Shown here: in pieces, positions 36,127-46,915 of the stretch
Position numbering within the stretch: the stretch's first letter is position 1
How the letters are laid out: each line of letters starts with the position of its first letter
NCBI GenBank assembly: GCA_964019335.1
Contig: OZ025729.1
Span: 124,001-188,000 of the forward strand
Origin: Diplonema japonicum
Lineage: Eukaryota > Protista > Euglenozoa: Diplonemea
Direction of reading: 5' to 3'
DNA length: 64,000 bases
Notes under the pieces: generated by a model
The model's input: the letters and a program-made list of their open reading frames with translations, nothing else
Told to the model about the DNA's origin: nothing
The model's database searches: none
Made by a program: the position numbers and the translations under genes

Positions 36127-37841
36127 CCACTAAAGGACCATGAGGACATATGTGTCCTTAAGAAAAATTATCTTTTCTATGTGACACTTTTTGTGCCACA
36201 CAGCCCCTGGACTTTACTAAGACCCATTGTTCCGCGATTTTTTTTTTATTTGAAATACCCTTTTGCGCGAAGAACAAGCACAAAAACCCGTCCCCAAGGG
36301 GGTTGCTTGGTGTCCTTTTGTACTTATTATTTGAGAGCAGCTTCTCAGGACCTTGGGAAGTGCTTCTTCCAACCCCAGCACCTGAGGGTGGTGTGCGCTG
36401 GGGGACAAATATCAACCGTATACCGGCCAGGAAGTGACATGGGTACAGGGGTCCAGCAACATCGAACAGCAACATGGATAGGCTACAACTTTTCTGTTTG
36501 TTTATCACAAACAGCTTGCTGAGGTCCATTATCAGCTGTTCGAAGGTGTGCCACATCCAAGGGCACCACATTCGACGCGGACGTGGTACAACTGAACACC
36601 TGGATGGGCCGTCTGGGCGAAGTCTGCAGGGCGGGTGTCAAGGACTGCTGGTCTACAAAGGAAGAGATTGCAACGCCTTACATAGGCCGTGTCCTGGCCG
36701 CGCCACATTTATCCATATCTTCTTGTTGTGTCCACTTTGGCTCACAGGGCAACGGGACACTATCAAAAGTGGAGATGCTGCATTCCCGGACTCCCCCAGC
36801 TGGAAAGCTGCATACCACCCCTGGTCAAGGGCTGAGCATTGATTCGCTCCTTCTCCCGCCTTAAGCACAGCGTTTTTCAACCAGCTAAACGCAAGCGCTA
36901 TGGCTTTAAGGTGTACCCCGCCGCATTCATGCACAGGGTGCGCGCTTAACATTAGAATTTACCCTGGTGGGGACCCGGAGGACACGGTACCATGTCTTCT
37001 TCGACAGTTCGAGCATCGTGGTCACTGGGTTGCGATGGATAATCTTTATTCTAATTACCAGCTCTTCTGCTCTCTTTTGAGTATGGGTAGAAAAATACAA
37101 CCCCATGGGCACGGTTCAACTCCGGAAGACGACAGTGGGCAGAAAAACGAAAAAGGAGGCCAGCAAACAAATCTCACGCCATGACAGAGTCATGCGGCAG
37201 AGTTCGGACAGCATCCAGTTCCTCTTGTGGCACGGCCGTACTAAACCCGTGTTAACCTTTTCGGCTTTGCCTATAATTTTGCCTTTAATCTCTACGACTT
37301 TGCCTATAGTATGAAATTCACCTCAAGGCTGTGCCAAAAATCAAAAAAAAAAAAAAAACAATTTTACACCTGCAAAACGTGCAATGTTGCCCTGTGCCCT
37401 GAGTGCTTTGAGAATTTTCATACAAAAAAATGACTACCCTGACATGGTAAAATACCGACAATTCTGGGGACGCTTGAAAAAAGAATCCTCAAAGGCTCCA
37501 GCGTCCGCCAGGACCCAATGTTGGAAGAAAATCGACATCTGTGGGGGAAAAAAAAAGTGGGGGAGGCTGTCCTCCGCCCAAGCGCCCTCGAGTGGGTTGA
37601 GCAAAGTCGCTCTTGATGCTCAGTACTGTGTCGTATATTTCCTCTCCCGACCCCTTATGAACACTATGTAAGCCCCCCTGCATGAAAAATAAACTGTTTT
37701 TTTTACCCCCTGGGTCACGTGCTTTTTAAAGGGTATAGTGTACTTTCCTATGGTTAAACTCTCGCATTTTTTTTTTTTCCGGGTTCGTAAATAGACGGTC
37801 CTTGGCACTTTTTTTCGCCAAAACCCCCGGTCCTTTAGTGG
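36127..37841 (+). mobile_element. Degenerate piggyBac element
   Basis: TTAA|CCACTAAAGGACC ... GGTCCTTTAGTGG|TTAA. Internal fragments IYPG...GHWVAMDNLYS..LF..L and GTV match the piggyBac DDD transposase; frames are broken. Confidence 0.88.
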
Positions 37842-38495
37842 TTAAAGCCATATTTGCATTGGAATTTAAAAAAAAAAAAGAAAAAAAAAAAAACGAAAAC
37901 TTCTCTTTTTTTTTTTTTTAAACAGAACCTCCCCCAAAAGCAATCAACTCGAATCGACTTCCTCCCGTTTCTCCCTTATGCCACCCCCCCCCCCCCCCCC
38001 CCCCCCCTGCCGTTTTTCTTTACTGGCGTAAGAAAAAAAACTTTTAAAAAAAAGAAGAAGAAAAAAAAGGGAAAATGCGTTTCTTTTTTTTTTTTAAAAC
38101 CAACCAACCTTTTTTTTTTCTCTTTTCTGTCTGTCTTATTCTTTTCCTTCCCCCCCCCTCTCAAAAAAGAAAAGAAGAATCCCCCCCCCCTGTCTACCCA
38201 CTCCTATTTCTCAGGACACCCAAGAAATGTCCCCAAAAGTTATTGTGTTTTTTTTTCCCCTCCCCCCCCTTTTTTTTTGCTTGAACAAAAAGAAGAAGAA
38301 AAAAAGAAGAAAATATATATTTGATAATGCATTCGCTCGCGAGTGTTCTAATAAAGAAGAAGGGGAAAAAAAAGGAAAAAAAAAAAGGCAATAAGAAAAA
38401 AAAAAAACAAGTAGCGTGCTTTAAATTAGCCTTTTTTCTTTTTCTTTTTTTCCCCCCTACAAACGCGCAAACAAATCAACCGAATCTTCTTTGCA

Positions 38496-38542
38496 AAGAA
38501 AAGGAGGGTAGATAAGTAGAGACAAGACTTAGGGGGCCGGTG

Positions 38543-38585
<43 letters not shown>

Positions 38586-38612
38586 AGGAAACCCCCTTTG
38601 ATTCTCATCCCT
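38496..38612 (+). repeat. Old 3'-end relic of LINE family B
   Basis: GGGTAGATAAGTAGAGACAAG...GGGGG...CAGGAACC.CCTTT..TCTCATC matches 53512-53569, with an expanded A-run. Confidence 0.7.
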
Positions 38613-38658
38613 CATTCTTTCCCAAGCTATCCACGATACGACGACTTCTTTTTTAGAA

Positions 38659-38692
<34 letters not shown>

Positions 38693-38703
38693 ACTACAGC
38701 CAC

Positions 38704-40596
38704 ATGACCACCAACATGTCTCTACCCCCCTCAAGATACGTGCCCCTTCGTGACAAGGGCATTATTATGACTGTACCAAACTCCTTGAGTGTGACATCGA
38801 CGTTCGTTGCTTTGGAACAAGAAGCGTGGTTTGAAGACGAGCTGGAATTCCTGACGACGATGGTGGCGGAAGAAGGCAACACAGTGGTGGATGTGGGCTC
38901 AAGCTTTGGATTCTTCACAACCAGCTTTGCAAAAACTGTCGGGACACAGGGCAAGGTGCTGTCCTTCGAACCCTCAGAGGACACCGCACAACTCCTCAAA
39001 AACACTGTAAAAATCAACAACCTCGCCCACATAGTTCAAGTCGAACAAAAAGCGGTTTCAAAAACCGAGGGCACCTTACGATTCTCTGTGGGGAGCGACA
39101 CCCCAGAACTAAACAAAATCTCGGATACAGGTACCATCGAAGTACAGTCTACTACTCTAGACAATTATGAATCCGAGCTCAAAAACGTTTCAATCCTGAA
39201 GATTGACTGTGAGGGCGCTGAAAGCGACGTTCTATCTGGTGCGAAAAAGTTTTTACAGAACCATTCTCCGCTCGTCATGTGGGAGGTAAACCATGTCGGG
39301 GTACTGGCTTACGACCTCATCGAAGAGTTCTCGTCGATCGGGTACACGACCGTTCGATACCTCCCCTCGGGGTATCTGGTTCCATTCACACCGCGAGAGA
39401 CCGCCGAGGGGTTTCTCCTGAACCTTTTCTCCGCCAAACCAGAAACCCTCGACGCGTTAAAGAAACGCAAATTATACACCGGCGAGGAGGTTTTCACCGG
39501 CGATTTAACACCCACTATTCCGAACGACTTCAGACCGTTTTTGTACAATCTCCCGTTTGCGAAGAATTTGAAGCCCGGGTGGGAACGGGAGAAATACAGT
39601 TTGGACAAAAACATCGATCTTGGATTGCGGCATTACTCAGCGTCGAGAGATATAAAACTCGAGGTGAATATCCGTTCGGCGCATTTGGCAAAATCTCTGG
39701 AACTGATTCAAAAGGCAGCGGAGGAGGAAATGACGGTGGGCAGAATGTTCATGGTGGCCAGGATATGCGGGGAGCTCGGCCGCCGCACGGACCTTGTTGT
39801 CGTCGCGGAAGAAGCCGCGAGAAAAATGGAGGCGAAGGAAATCCACGGTATCCGGACCGAACCGTTCTTCCCCATCCTGCAACGGTTTGAAAACAGCTGC
39901 GAGGTGTCCTTATCATCTTCAGAAGCATGGGTCGAATCGTGTGCAAGGCTTGCTTACGTCACTCGCTCAGCCTTTTCTACAGGTTTCATGGACCCCACCA
40001 CCCTTCAAAACACAATAACTAACCTCAAAACTGTAATAAATACTGGTTATAATGTAAGCTGTGCCTGCAGAATCCTCTCGGCTCTGTCCGAACGAGCTGA
40101 GGGAAGATCGGACCCCAAAGCAAAAAACCACCAATCGTGGTACCCGATATTACCGCCTTCGTTTTACGGGCTTGAACATGAAGGAAGCCTTGCTTCCAAA
40201 TCGGTTCTTGTGATCGGAGACAGCAACACCCAACACTGGGAGGCCGTTGCTCGCAAGCTGGAAGCAAAATCTGTGACAGTGTGCTCCCTTTCTGACGTGC
40301 TATCGGGTCGTGTTTCTTCCCACGATGTTGTGGTGTGTATGGATGACCTGGGGTATGACCCTTCGCTCTTCCACTCTCTCTCCGCGGTGTCTACGGTAAC
40401 AGGGTCTATCTTATACCTTACCGTACCTGTTCATGTGGATCAGGAACCGCTGGTGGTGTTTGAAGGCTCCCGACAGGTTCCCACGCCTGCTGCCGTCCTC
40501 AAATTTCTGGTTTCAGCCGGGTTTCAAGGAAACGTTCTCCACCAACTTTCCGAAGGCGGCTCAAGGTACGCAGCGTTCAAAGCGTGCAAACACTGA
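38704..40596 (+). CDS. FkbM-family SAM methyltransferase with extended C-terminus
   Basis: VVDVGSSFGFF, VLSFEP, LKIDCEGAE.DVL.GA motifs. Confidence 0.88.
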   Translation: MTTNMSLPPSRYVPLRDKGIIMTVPNSLSVTSTFVALEQEAWFEDELEFLTTMVAEEGNTVVDVGSSFGFFTTSFAKTVGTQGKVLSFEPSEDTAQLLKNTVKINNLAHIVQVEQKAVSKTEGTLRFSVGSDTPELNKISDTGTIEVQSTTLDNYESELKNVSILKIDCEGAESDVLSGAKKFLQNHSPLVMWEVNHVGVLAYDLIEEFSSIGYTTVRYLPSGYLVPFTPRETAEGFLLNLFSAKPETLDALKKRKLYTGEEVFTGDLTPTIPNDFRPFLYNLPFAKNLKPGWEREKYSLDKNIDLGLRHYSASRDIKLEVNIRSAHLAKSLELIQKAAEEEMTVGRMFMVARICGELGRRTDLVVVAEEAARKMEAKEIHGIRTEPFFPILQRFENSCEVSLSSSEAWVESCARLAYVTRSAFSTGFMDPTTLQNTITNLKTVINTGYNVSCACRILSALSERAEGRSDPKAKNHQSWYPILPPSFYGLEHEGSLASKSVLVIGDSNTQHWEAVARKLEAKSVTVCSLSDVLSGRVSSHDVVVCMDDLGYDPSLFHSLSAVSTVTGSILYLTVPVHVDQEPLVVFEGSRQVPTPAAVLKFLVSAGFQGNVLHQLSEGGSRYAAFKACKH

Positions 40597-40722
40597 TAGT
40601 GTGGGGGGGGGGGGGGGGGGGGGGGGGGGAATGGGAAATCATTTTTTTTCTTTTTTTTTTTCTTGCTAACTTTTTTTTTTTTTAGGGGGGGAAAAAAAAA
40701 AAAAAAGGTTGGTGAAAACAAT

Positions 40723-41250
40723 ATGACCCCTGTGCAAAGCCGGCGGTGGTCCACGGGTTTGTTTGATAGCTTGGACTGTGGACCTTTATGCTGCAATGTG
40801 TTGTGGTGTGCACCCTGCATGCTTGGAAGGAATCATGCTGCCATAGCAAGGGGTTTGCCAGACCAAATGGACTGGGCTGTGTGCGGGCTGGTAGTGGGTG
40901 TGGGCGTGGTCGGGCAGGCAGTGGGGGTTTGCTTGGGAAGCAACTGGTTTGCCGGGCTTGCTTGGTTGGCATCAGCATGCTGCACCCACAGACACCGCAG
41001 CGCCCTTCGTGACAGGCACTCCATTGAGGGCCATGTCGGCTTGGACTGCGCTGCGTCCTGGTTCTGCACCCCTTGCACGAACTGCCAGCACCACTCCGAG
41101 ATCTCAAATCGTGAAATCTCGCCAATCAGCCCAGGGTTGTGTTGTTGTGCCCTCCCTCCGCCCCAAGCCGAGGCACAACCTGCTTACATCGCCTATGCTC
41201 CTGTTGAGGTCAACAATATTAAGAACGATCCCGTGGAGCTAGCTGAGTAG
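40723..41250 (+). CDS. PLAC8-family protein
   Basis: WSTGLFD, CCNVLWCAPC, DCAASWFCTPCTNCQH. Confidence 0.88.
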   Translation: MTPVQSRRWSTGLFDSLDCGPLCCNVLWCAPCMLGRNHAAIARGLPDQMDWAVCGLVVGVGVVGQAVGVCLGSNWFAGLAWLASACCTHRHRSALRDRHSIEGHVGLDCAASWFCTPCTNCQHHSEISNREISPISPGLCCCALPPPQAEAQPAYIAYAPVEVNNIKNDPVELAE

Positions 41251-41389
41251 GGGGAGGGGGGGGGTGAATTAGATATATCCTAGCTTCATTTTTTTTCCTG
41301 GCGGTTTATGAAGCAACCAAAGTCATTCTTCTTCTTTTTTTTTTTTTTTTCTTGCTACTCTTCCCCTAGCCCTAACTTCTTACTCTTGA

Positions 41390-41428
<39 letters not shown>

Positions 41429-41843
41429 TGTTTTCTACCACAGTTGTAAACAAAGGGCATAGTTTTTACTACTGCAGACAGGCCGCGCGGTACTTTTATT
41501 TTTTTTTGTGGGAGCGAAACCCCCCCAAAAAAAAACTTTTCTTATTTCTTCTTTTTTTTGAAGCTCACACTAGCGTGCGAGTTTAGCCCATTATTTGGCT
41601 CGTTGGCGATGGCTGTGGTGGCCGTTGCAAGAGCGCCATAAGGAAGTACTGGACTATTCAATTAACAAAAAAAAAATTTTTTTTTTCTCTTTTTGCCAAA
41701 GTGGAAAAGCAGCTGTTTAAAGTTTCATCCCTCTTTCCTCCCTTTTTTTTTTAAATGTCTCTTTTTTTTTTGTTTATTTATTTTATTTCCGTCCGACCAC
41801 CCGAGAAGGTGCATCCATTTTATTCTTACAATTATTTTAATCT

Positions 41844-41887
<44 letters not shown>

Positions 41888-42779
41888 GTATTGCTAACCA
41901 ATTCGTTCCCTATCATACGAAAAAAAAAAAAAAAAAGAAAAAAAAATGTGAGAGAGAAGAGAAAAAAAAAAAAAAAACTGCCTGAGGGGGCGCTCACAGT
42001 TTTTGCTGGGGACGCCCCCCAGACCACAAACAGATGGGAAGAGAAAGGAATCCCTATCTGACTTGAAACTCCCTTCTTTTTCTATTCTTTTTTTTTTTTT
42101 TTTTCCCTCCCGTTCATTTTTGTGTTGAGCTCACCCGGGGAAAAAAAAAAAAGAAATGTCACACTTTCCACGATACTTTTTCACCAGAACCGCAATTTTA
42201 AATGTGTTAAAAGTACTTTGCAGAAAGCAAGGGGCGCGATATAGAATTCTATCGGTTCCCTCAGTAGCCGCTCACGTGGCGGGCATTTATTCCCCGGATG
42301 AGCTCACGCACGCTTTCTCTTGTTTTCTCCTTTTTTTATGGACACTCGTGAAACAATTGGTATTGTGGTTATCAAAAAAAAAAGAGAATTTTTGGAATTT
42401 TCTTTTTTTTTTTTTTTTTTTTTTTTTGCAAAAACGAGTCTTTGACTTGTCTAAACAAAAAGGGAACGTTGGCAACGTCGGGTTTTTACAAACTTCTCCA
42501 GGTTTAGACCCCCGGCACGTACAACCATTTTTTTTTTTTTTTATTATTTTTATTATTATTCGACGGCTCTCCCCCTAGCGATCGACTTTTGTCAATTTGC
42601 TTTTTCTTTCTTTCTCAATCCGACTTTCTTTTCCCTATCTCGCACCTTTTCTTTTTTTTTTTTTTTTTTTTTACAAAGGTGGGGCTGTGTCACAATTTAC
42701 TACATGGCACCATTCTAAAATCTTGAGACAACCTATCTCTTTTTTTTTTTTTTGTTTCTTTTGCAAAGATTTAACTTTT

Positions 42780-42814
<35 letters not shown>

Positions 42815-42833
42815 AAAAAAAAAAAAAAAAAAA

Positions 42834-44990
42834 ATGCCTTGCAACCTCTTCGAACGCATAAAACGCCCGGAAGACGGGAAGCTCGCAGCCTACATAAAAA
42901 AACTCCTGCTCACCGTTTCCCTGCTCTCCCTGGTTCACTTTCTCATAACATTTTCACTGAACATGAACGAACCGCTTATCCACCGAATACGCCGCATCAT
43001 AGTTGCGCTCACTGCGGCCATACAGTGCATCCAGCTTCTAATCGAGAGGAAACACAGACACTCTGTCACCGAGCTTATGCTGTTCACTTCTGCGATCTCT
43101 ATCCTAATAGCTGATCTTGACCACGCGGTAAAAATGAACGGGACGAGAAGCTGGCCGTACTTCGTGGTAGTCCTCGACGCCTGTTTAATATGCCGTTTGC
43201 GCGACTCTGTATCAATGAAAATCGTTGCAATTTTAATAATATGGCTTGTCTTGCTGGCGTTTGAAAGCAGTTTTCGGTTCGGACTATATGACCTATCGTT
43301 CCTTGCTACTCAGAAAGAACGAAAAGAAGCTGTTTCATGTGATAAGCTGCCTTGTGAAACGGGTTTTTTCGGAGCCGTTACGGTTTCGGTGGATCAGCTG
43401 TTTGTCATGTTGATCGATTTCTACCTCACAAGAAAATTCGCGAACGGACTCGATCGCGAGCATGCGAAAATGAACGCAGCGATTGCAGCAGCGGAGCAAA
43501 TCGCTGCATCGTTGTCCCAGTTCGATCTCGTACAGGCCGAGTCCGTTATTGAAACGACGCCCCTTCCTCTGCCATTGTACAACGCTTTTAGTAGAATTCT
43601 AAGGAACCTTGAAATCTACCGACCTTACTTACCAGATGCGCTTTTTCACGATCTTCATAACGGGGTACCGTTGCCGAGAGACGTCCCGGCGCCGGGTCTT
43701 TCCACAAACCAAGTTGCGATTGTGTTCACTGACGTTCAAGGATCGACAGCGACGTGGGAAGCCTTTCCAGAAGGGATGCAAGAAGCTCTTCAAGTCCATA
43801 ATGCGACGGTCCGTGGTTGCATCTCGCAGCATAACGGGTACGAGGTGAAGACAATCGGTGATTCATTCATGGTGGCCTTCGACAGTACTATAGATGCCGT
43901 GGGGTTCGGGTGCTCCGTTCAAGAACAGCTAGTCAAGTCAAACTGGCCGGAACAACTATTAACCCTCGACCATTGTTCATACCAGGAAAACGGACCATGG
44001 GGCGGCCTTCGCGTCAGGGCCGCTGTCCACTACGGTAAAGTTGAAGTCGAACTGAACACTTTGACAGGGAGATACGACTACTTCGGGAACACTGTGAACA
44101 AAACCGCCCGGATGGAGGGCGAATGTGTGGGTGGTGCTGTAGCCGTTACCGCGGACGCCATGAAAGAAGTAGAAGGACACTTGTCATCCGTAGTCGCGAT
44201 CCCTATGGGTTCCGTTCACTTACGTGGTATTGAAGGAGAAGAACGCCCTGTTTTAATCCTCCCGGAGTCGCTTCTAGGGAGGAAACAGTTCGTTGAAGAA
44301 CAGCTTTTCCTGAAACGGGAGGAGCGACAACTCGTTTCGGCGTCAATACGGAGGAAATCAAGGTGCGACACCGACTCCTGTTCGTCAACCGGCAGCGAGA
44401 ATAGAGCACGGATTGCACATTTCGAACTGCTCCAACATCGCTCTACAGCTTCGGTAGCGCTGACAAATTTTCTTTTGGAAAGGAGTGACGACTCAGGAAG
44501 CAATTTAAATTTTGTTTTATCAAAGCTTTTGACATGTGTAGACAGGACGCACGGTTCAATGGTGTCTCTGCAGGGAAGCAAAACCGCAGTCTGTTGGAAC
44601 GGTATGAAGTCATGTGTGACCCACGCCGAGAATTCGTTGATGTTCGTTAAGCTTCTGTTTTGCGCGATCGGTGCGGAAACCGGGTCCTCTCGTTGGAGCA
44701 CACATACAGGTCTTTCTTGTAGCGGGATTTGTTACGGGTCCGTTGGAGGCAGACGGCAGCGCTTCCTCACTGTGCTCGGCCCTGCTGTGGTCACCGCGTC
44801 GTGCCTCTGCGATCGTGCTGTGATGCTGCGGGATATTTGTTATTATGCTCCGGGTTCGAAGCCTTCTTGTGTTGAAGGTGTTGTTCTTGAAGACGCGGAG
44901 CATGTCACCGACTATGGTGGGGTGCAGCGGAGTGCTTACCTGGTTACCTTTTCGAATGTTCATCTTACCCCGGTCGTCAAACTTAATTGA
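42834..44990 (+). CDS. Membrane-bound class III adenylate/guanylate cyclase with a second, degenerate cyclase domain
   Basis: N-terminal TMs; YRPYLPDALF; IVFTDVQGST..WE; YEVKTIGDSFMVAF; DYFGNTVNKTARMEG. Confidence 0.92.
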   Translation: MPCNLFERIKRPEDGKLAAYIKKLLLTVSLLSLVHFLITFSLNMNEPLIHRIRRIIVALTAAIQCIQLLIERKHRHSVTELMLFTSAISILIADLDHAVKMNGTRSWPYFVVVLDACLICRLRDSVSMKIVAILIIWLVLLAFESSFRFGLYDLSFLATQKERKEAVSCDKLPCETGFFGAVTVSVDQLFVMLIDFYLTRKFANGLDREHAKMNAAIAAAEQIAASLSQFDLVQAESVIETTPLPLPLYNAFSRILRNLEIYRPYLPDALFHDLHNGVPLPRDVPAPGLSTNQVAIVFTDVQGSTATWEAFPEGMQEALQVHNATVRGCISQHNGYEVKTIGDSFMVAFDSTIDAVGFGCSVQEQLVKSNWPEQLLTLDHCSYQENGPWGGLRVRAAVHYGKVEVELNTLTGRYDYFGNTVNKTARMEGECVGGAVAVTADAMKEVEGHLSSVVAIPMGSVHLRGIEGEERPVLILPESLLGRKQFVEEQLFLKREERQLVSASIRRKSRCDTDSCSSTGSENRARIAHFELLQHRSTASVALTNFLLERSDDSGSNLNFVLSKLLTCVDRTHGSMVSLQGSKTAVCWNGMKSCVTHAENSLMFVKLLFCAIGAETGSSRWSTHTGLSCSGICYGSVGGRRQRFLTVLGPAVVTASCLCDRAVMLRDICYYAPGSKPSCVEGVVLEDAEHVTDYGGVQRSAYLVTFSNVHLTPVVKLN

Positions 44991-45233
44991 AAAAAAAAAA
45001 AAAAAAAAATAGGAAGTTGGGACTATAAAGAAAAGAATTGTTGCTGACCTCCTCGTGGTGCCGGATGAGTGGAAGTCCCTGCAACTGGCAACAGGGTGCG
45101 TATGGAGCATTGGTGAACAAGATACCCCGGCGTAGCATACGCTTAGGGGGCTTGGATTCACTGCAACCGCAATGGCTGTGGTGATCGTTGCAAGAGCGCC
45201 TGTTGGTAGTTTTGCACGATGCAGTTGACGAAT

Positions 45234-45273
<40 letters not shown>

Positions 45274-45355
45274 TTACAGTAAAATCTCCCCCCTTTTTTT
45301 TCTTTCGAATCCTAGCCCCATGATAGTCATGGTATTGCTTGTGGAAAATTAGCTA

Positions 45356-46729
45356 CTGTAAAACGAAAAACTCCCGGACGGAAAAATGTCCGAGTTTTTT
45401 TGGCGTCCGGGAATTTTTCCGTCCGGGAATTTTTTTTAGGTAAGGCCGTCAGGGGGCCTGGTCCACTACCACCTACATACTGGCCTGGGCTGCAAACGGC
45501 AACCGCGCGAAGAAACCCCCAGGTTCCCTTTCTGCATCTTTGTCCTCCCTTGCTGCCCCTGAGGCAATCAGCTTGTCGAGCCTTCGTGTGGCCTACTACC
45601 TTTCTTAATAGATGCTTTACAGCTGCGTTCAACCCAATATCCATCGGTTGAACCATGTAGGTGAGCCTAGGGGGACAAAAGCAATGTGCACGTTTGCGCC
45701 TGCGAACAACTCTTCGGCAAAACCATGGGAATCGATGATTTATGGCAAAAAGGAAGAAACAGCTCTGTAACCCAGATACCGAGTATCATAATTAGCCAAT
45801 GATTGGGCGATGCCGTTAGGCTCCATTCGGTGGGCAGGTGCTTGATCGGGGCACGGATAATCCCTGCCGGTTGCGTTCCCGCTTTGCCTTTGTATTTAAG
45901 TTGCGGGTGCAACTCATCCAGCCAAGGAAACAGCCAGCTGTTCGGTTATAGCCCGTTTTGTCCCCCAAGCCACGGACTTTAACGACTTTAGCACCCCTTT
46001 TCGTTTTAGTTTTTAACCCCGTATTCCAGACCAATTCCGGCCTTACTTTATGGGTGTCGATTATGGACCTGAATTCCATGGTGAAAACAGCGTGCCCTCT
46101 CGTTGCTTCTCGTTTCCGGAGGTGGCTTGCGGCTTTTGTCTTTCTTGCTGCAAAACTTGTCAGCCTAGCTAGTGGAAAGGACAGTGCCCCACCAAAGTCT
46201 ACCAGGTTTGTCTTTCGGGCTGGATTGGCGTTCTGCATAGGTGCATATTTGATGTGCTGGGATAGACTCGCCAAGCCCGTTTTACCTATCGACCGAAGCA
46301 AAAACCTTGGCGGCCTCTGCCTCGGTCAGAAGAAGTTTGCGACCGACGGTAAAGGGGCAACAGAGCCCCCACTCCTCCGCGGGATACCACACCCTGGCCG
46401 CCGCGACGCCGTGATAGCAGCGTATCGCCCAATATGGGATTTAGCATCCTTCGGGGGCTGAAGCTGCTTTCGGGGGTTTGTACTGGCCTTCTCGGCCCGG
46501 TGTAAGGAGTTTATCTAAGGGGGAAGAAAACTTCAAACTGCCACGCAGGGTAAACATTTTGGCTCTGCACAAGTCTGCACAAGGAATAAAGCCCTTCCAG
46601 GCAAACGTGGTGGGAGCTGCTACCCCCCTTAAGTAAAAAAGCTTCTTCTCAGAAAAACTCCCGGACGGAAAAATATCCGGGTTTTTTTGGTGTCCGGGAA
46701 TTTTTCCGTCCGACATTATTCGTTTTACA

Positions 46730-46730
<1 letters not shown>
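45356..46730 (-). mobile_element. Degenerate Tc1/mariner-superfamily (pogo-like) element
   Basis: TA|CTGTAAAACGAA ... TTCGTTTTACAG|TA with palindromic subterminal blocks. Minus-strand fragments QPMDIGLNAAVK, ASPNHW and PELVWN resemble a DDE_1 transposase. Confidence 0.82.
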
Positions 46731-46765
<35 letters not shown>

Positions 46766-46915
46766 GAACAAGTAAACAAATTTTTGAAAAGAATTGTTAT
46801 TGCAAAAAAGAGTAGAGGCAGCTTGTCCGTTTATCCCTACTGTAGGTGAAAACGGCTTGCACAAACAATCAGCCGACTCTTTTTTTTTTTTTTTAAACCA
46901 GGGGGCGGAACTAAC

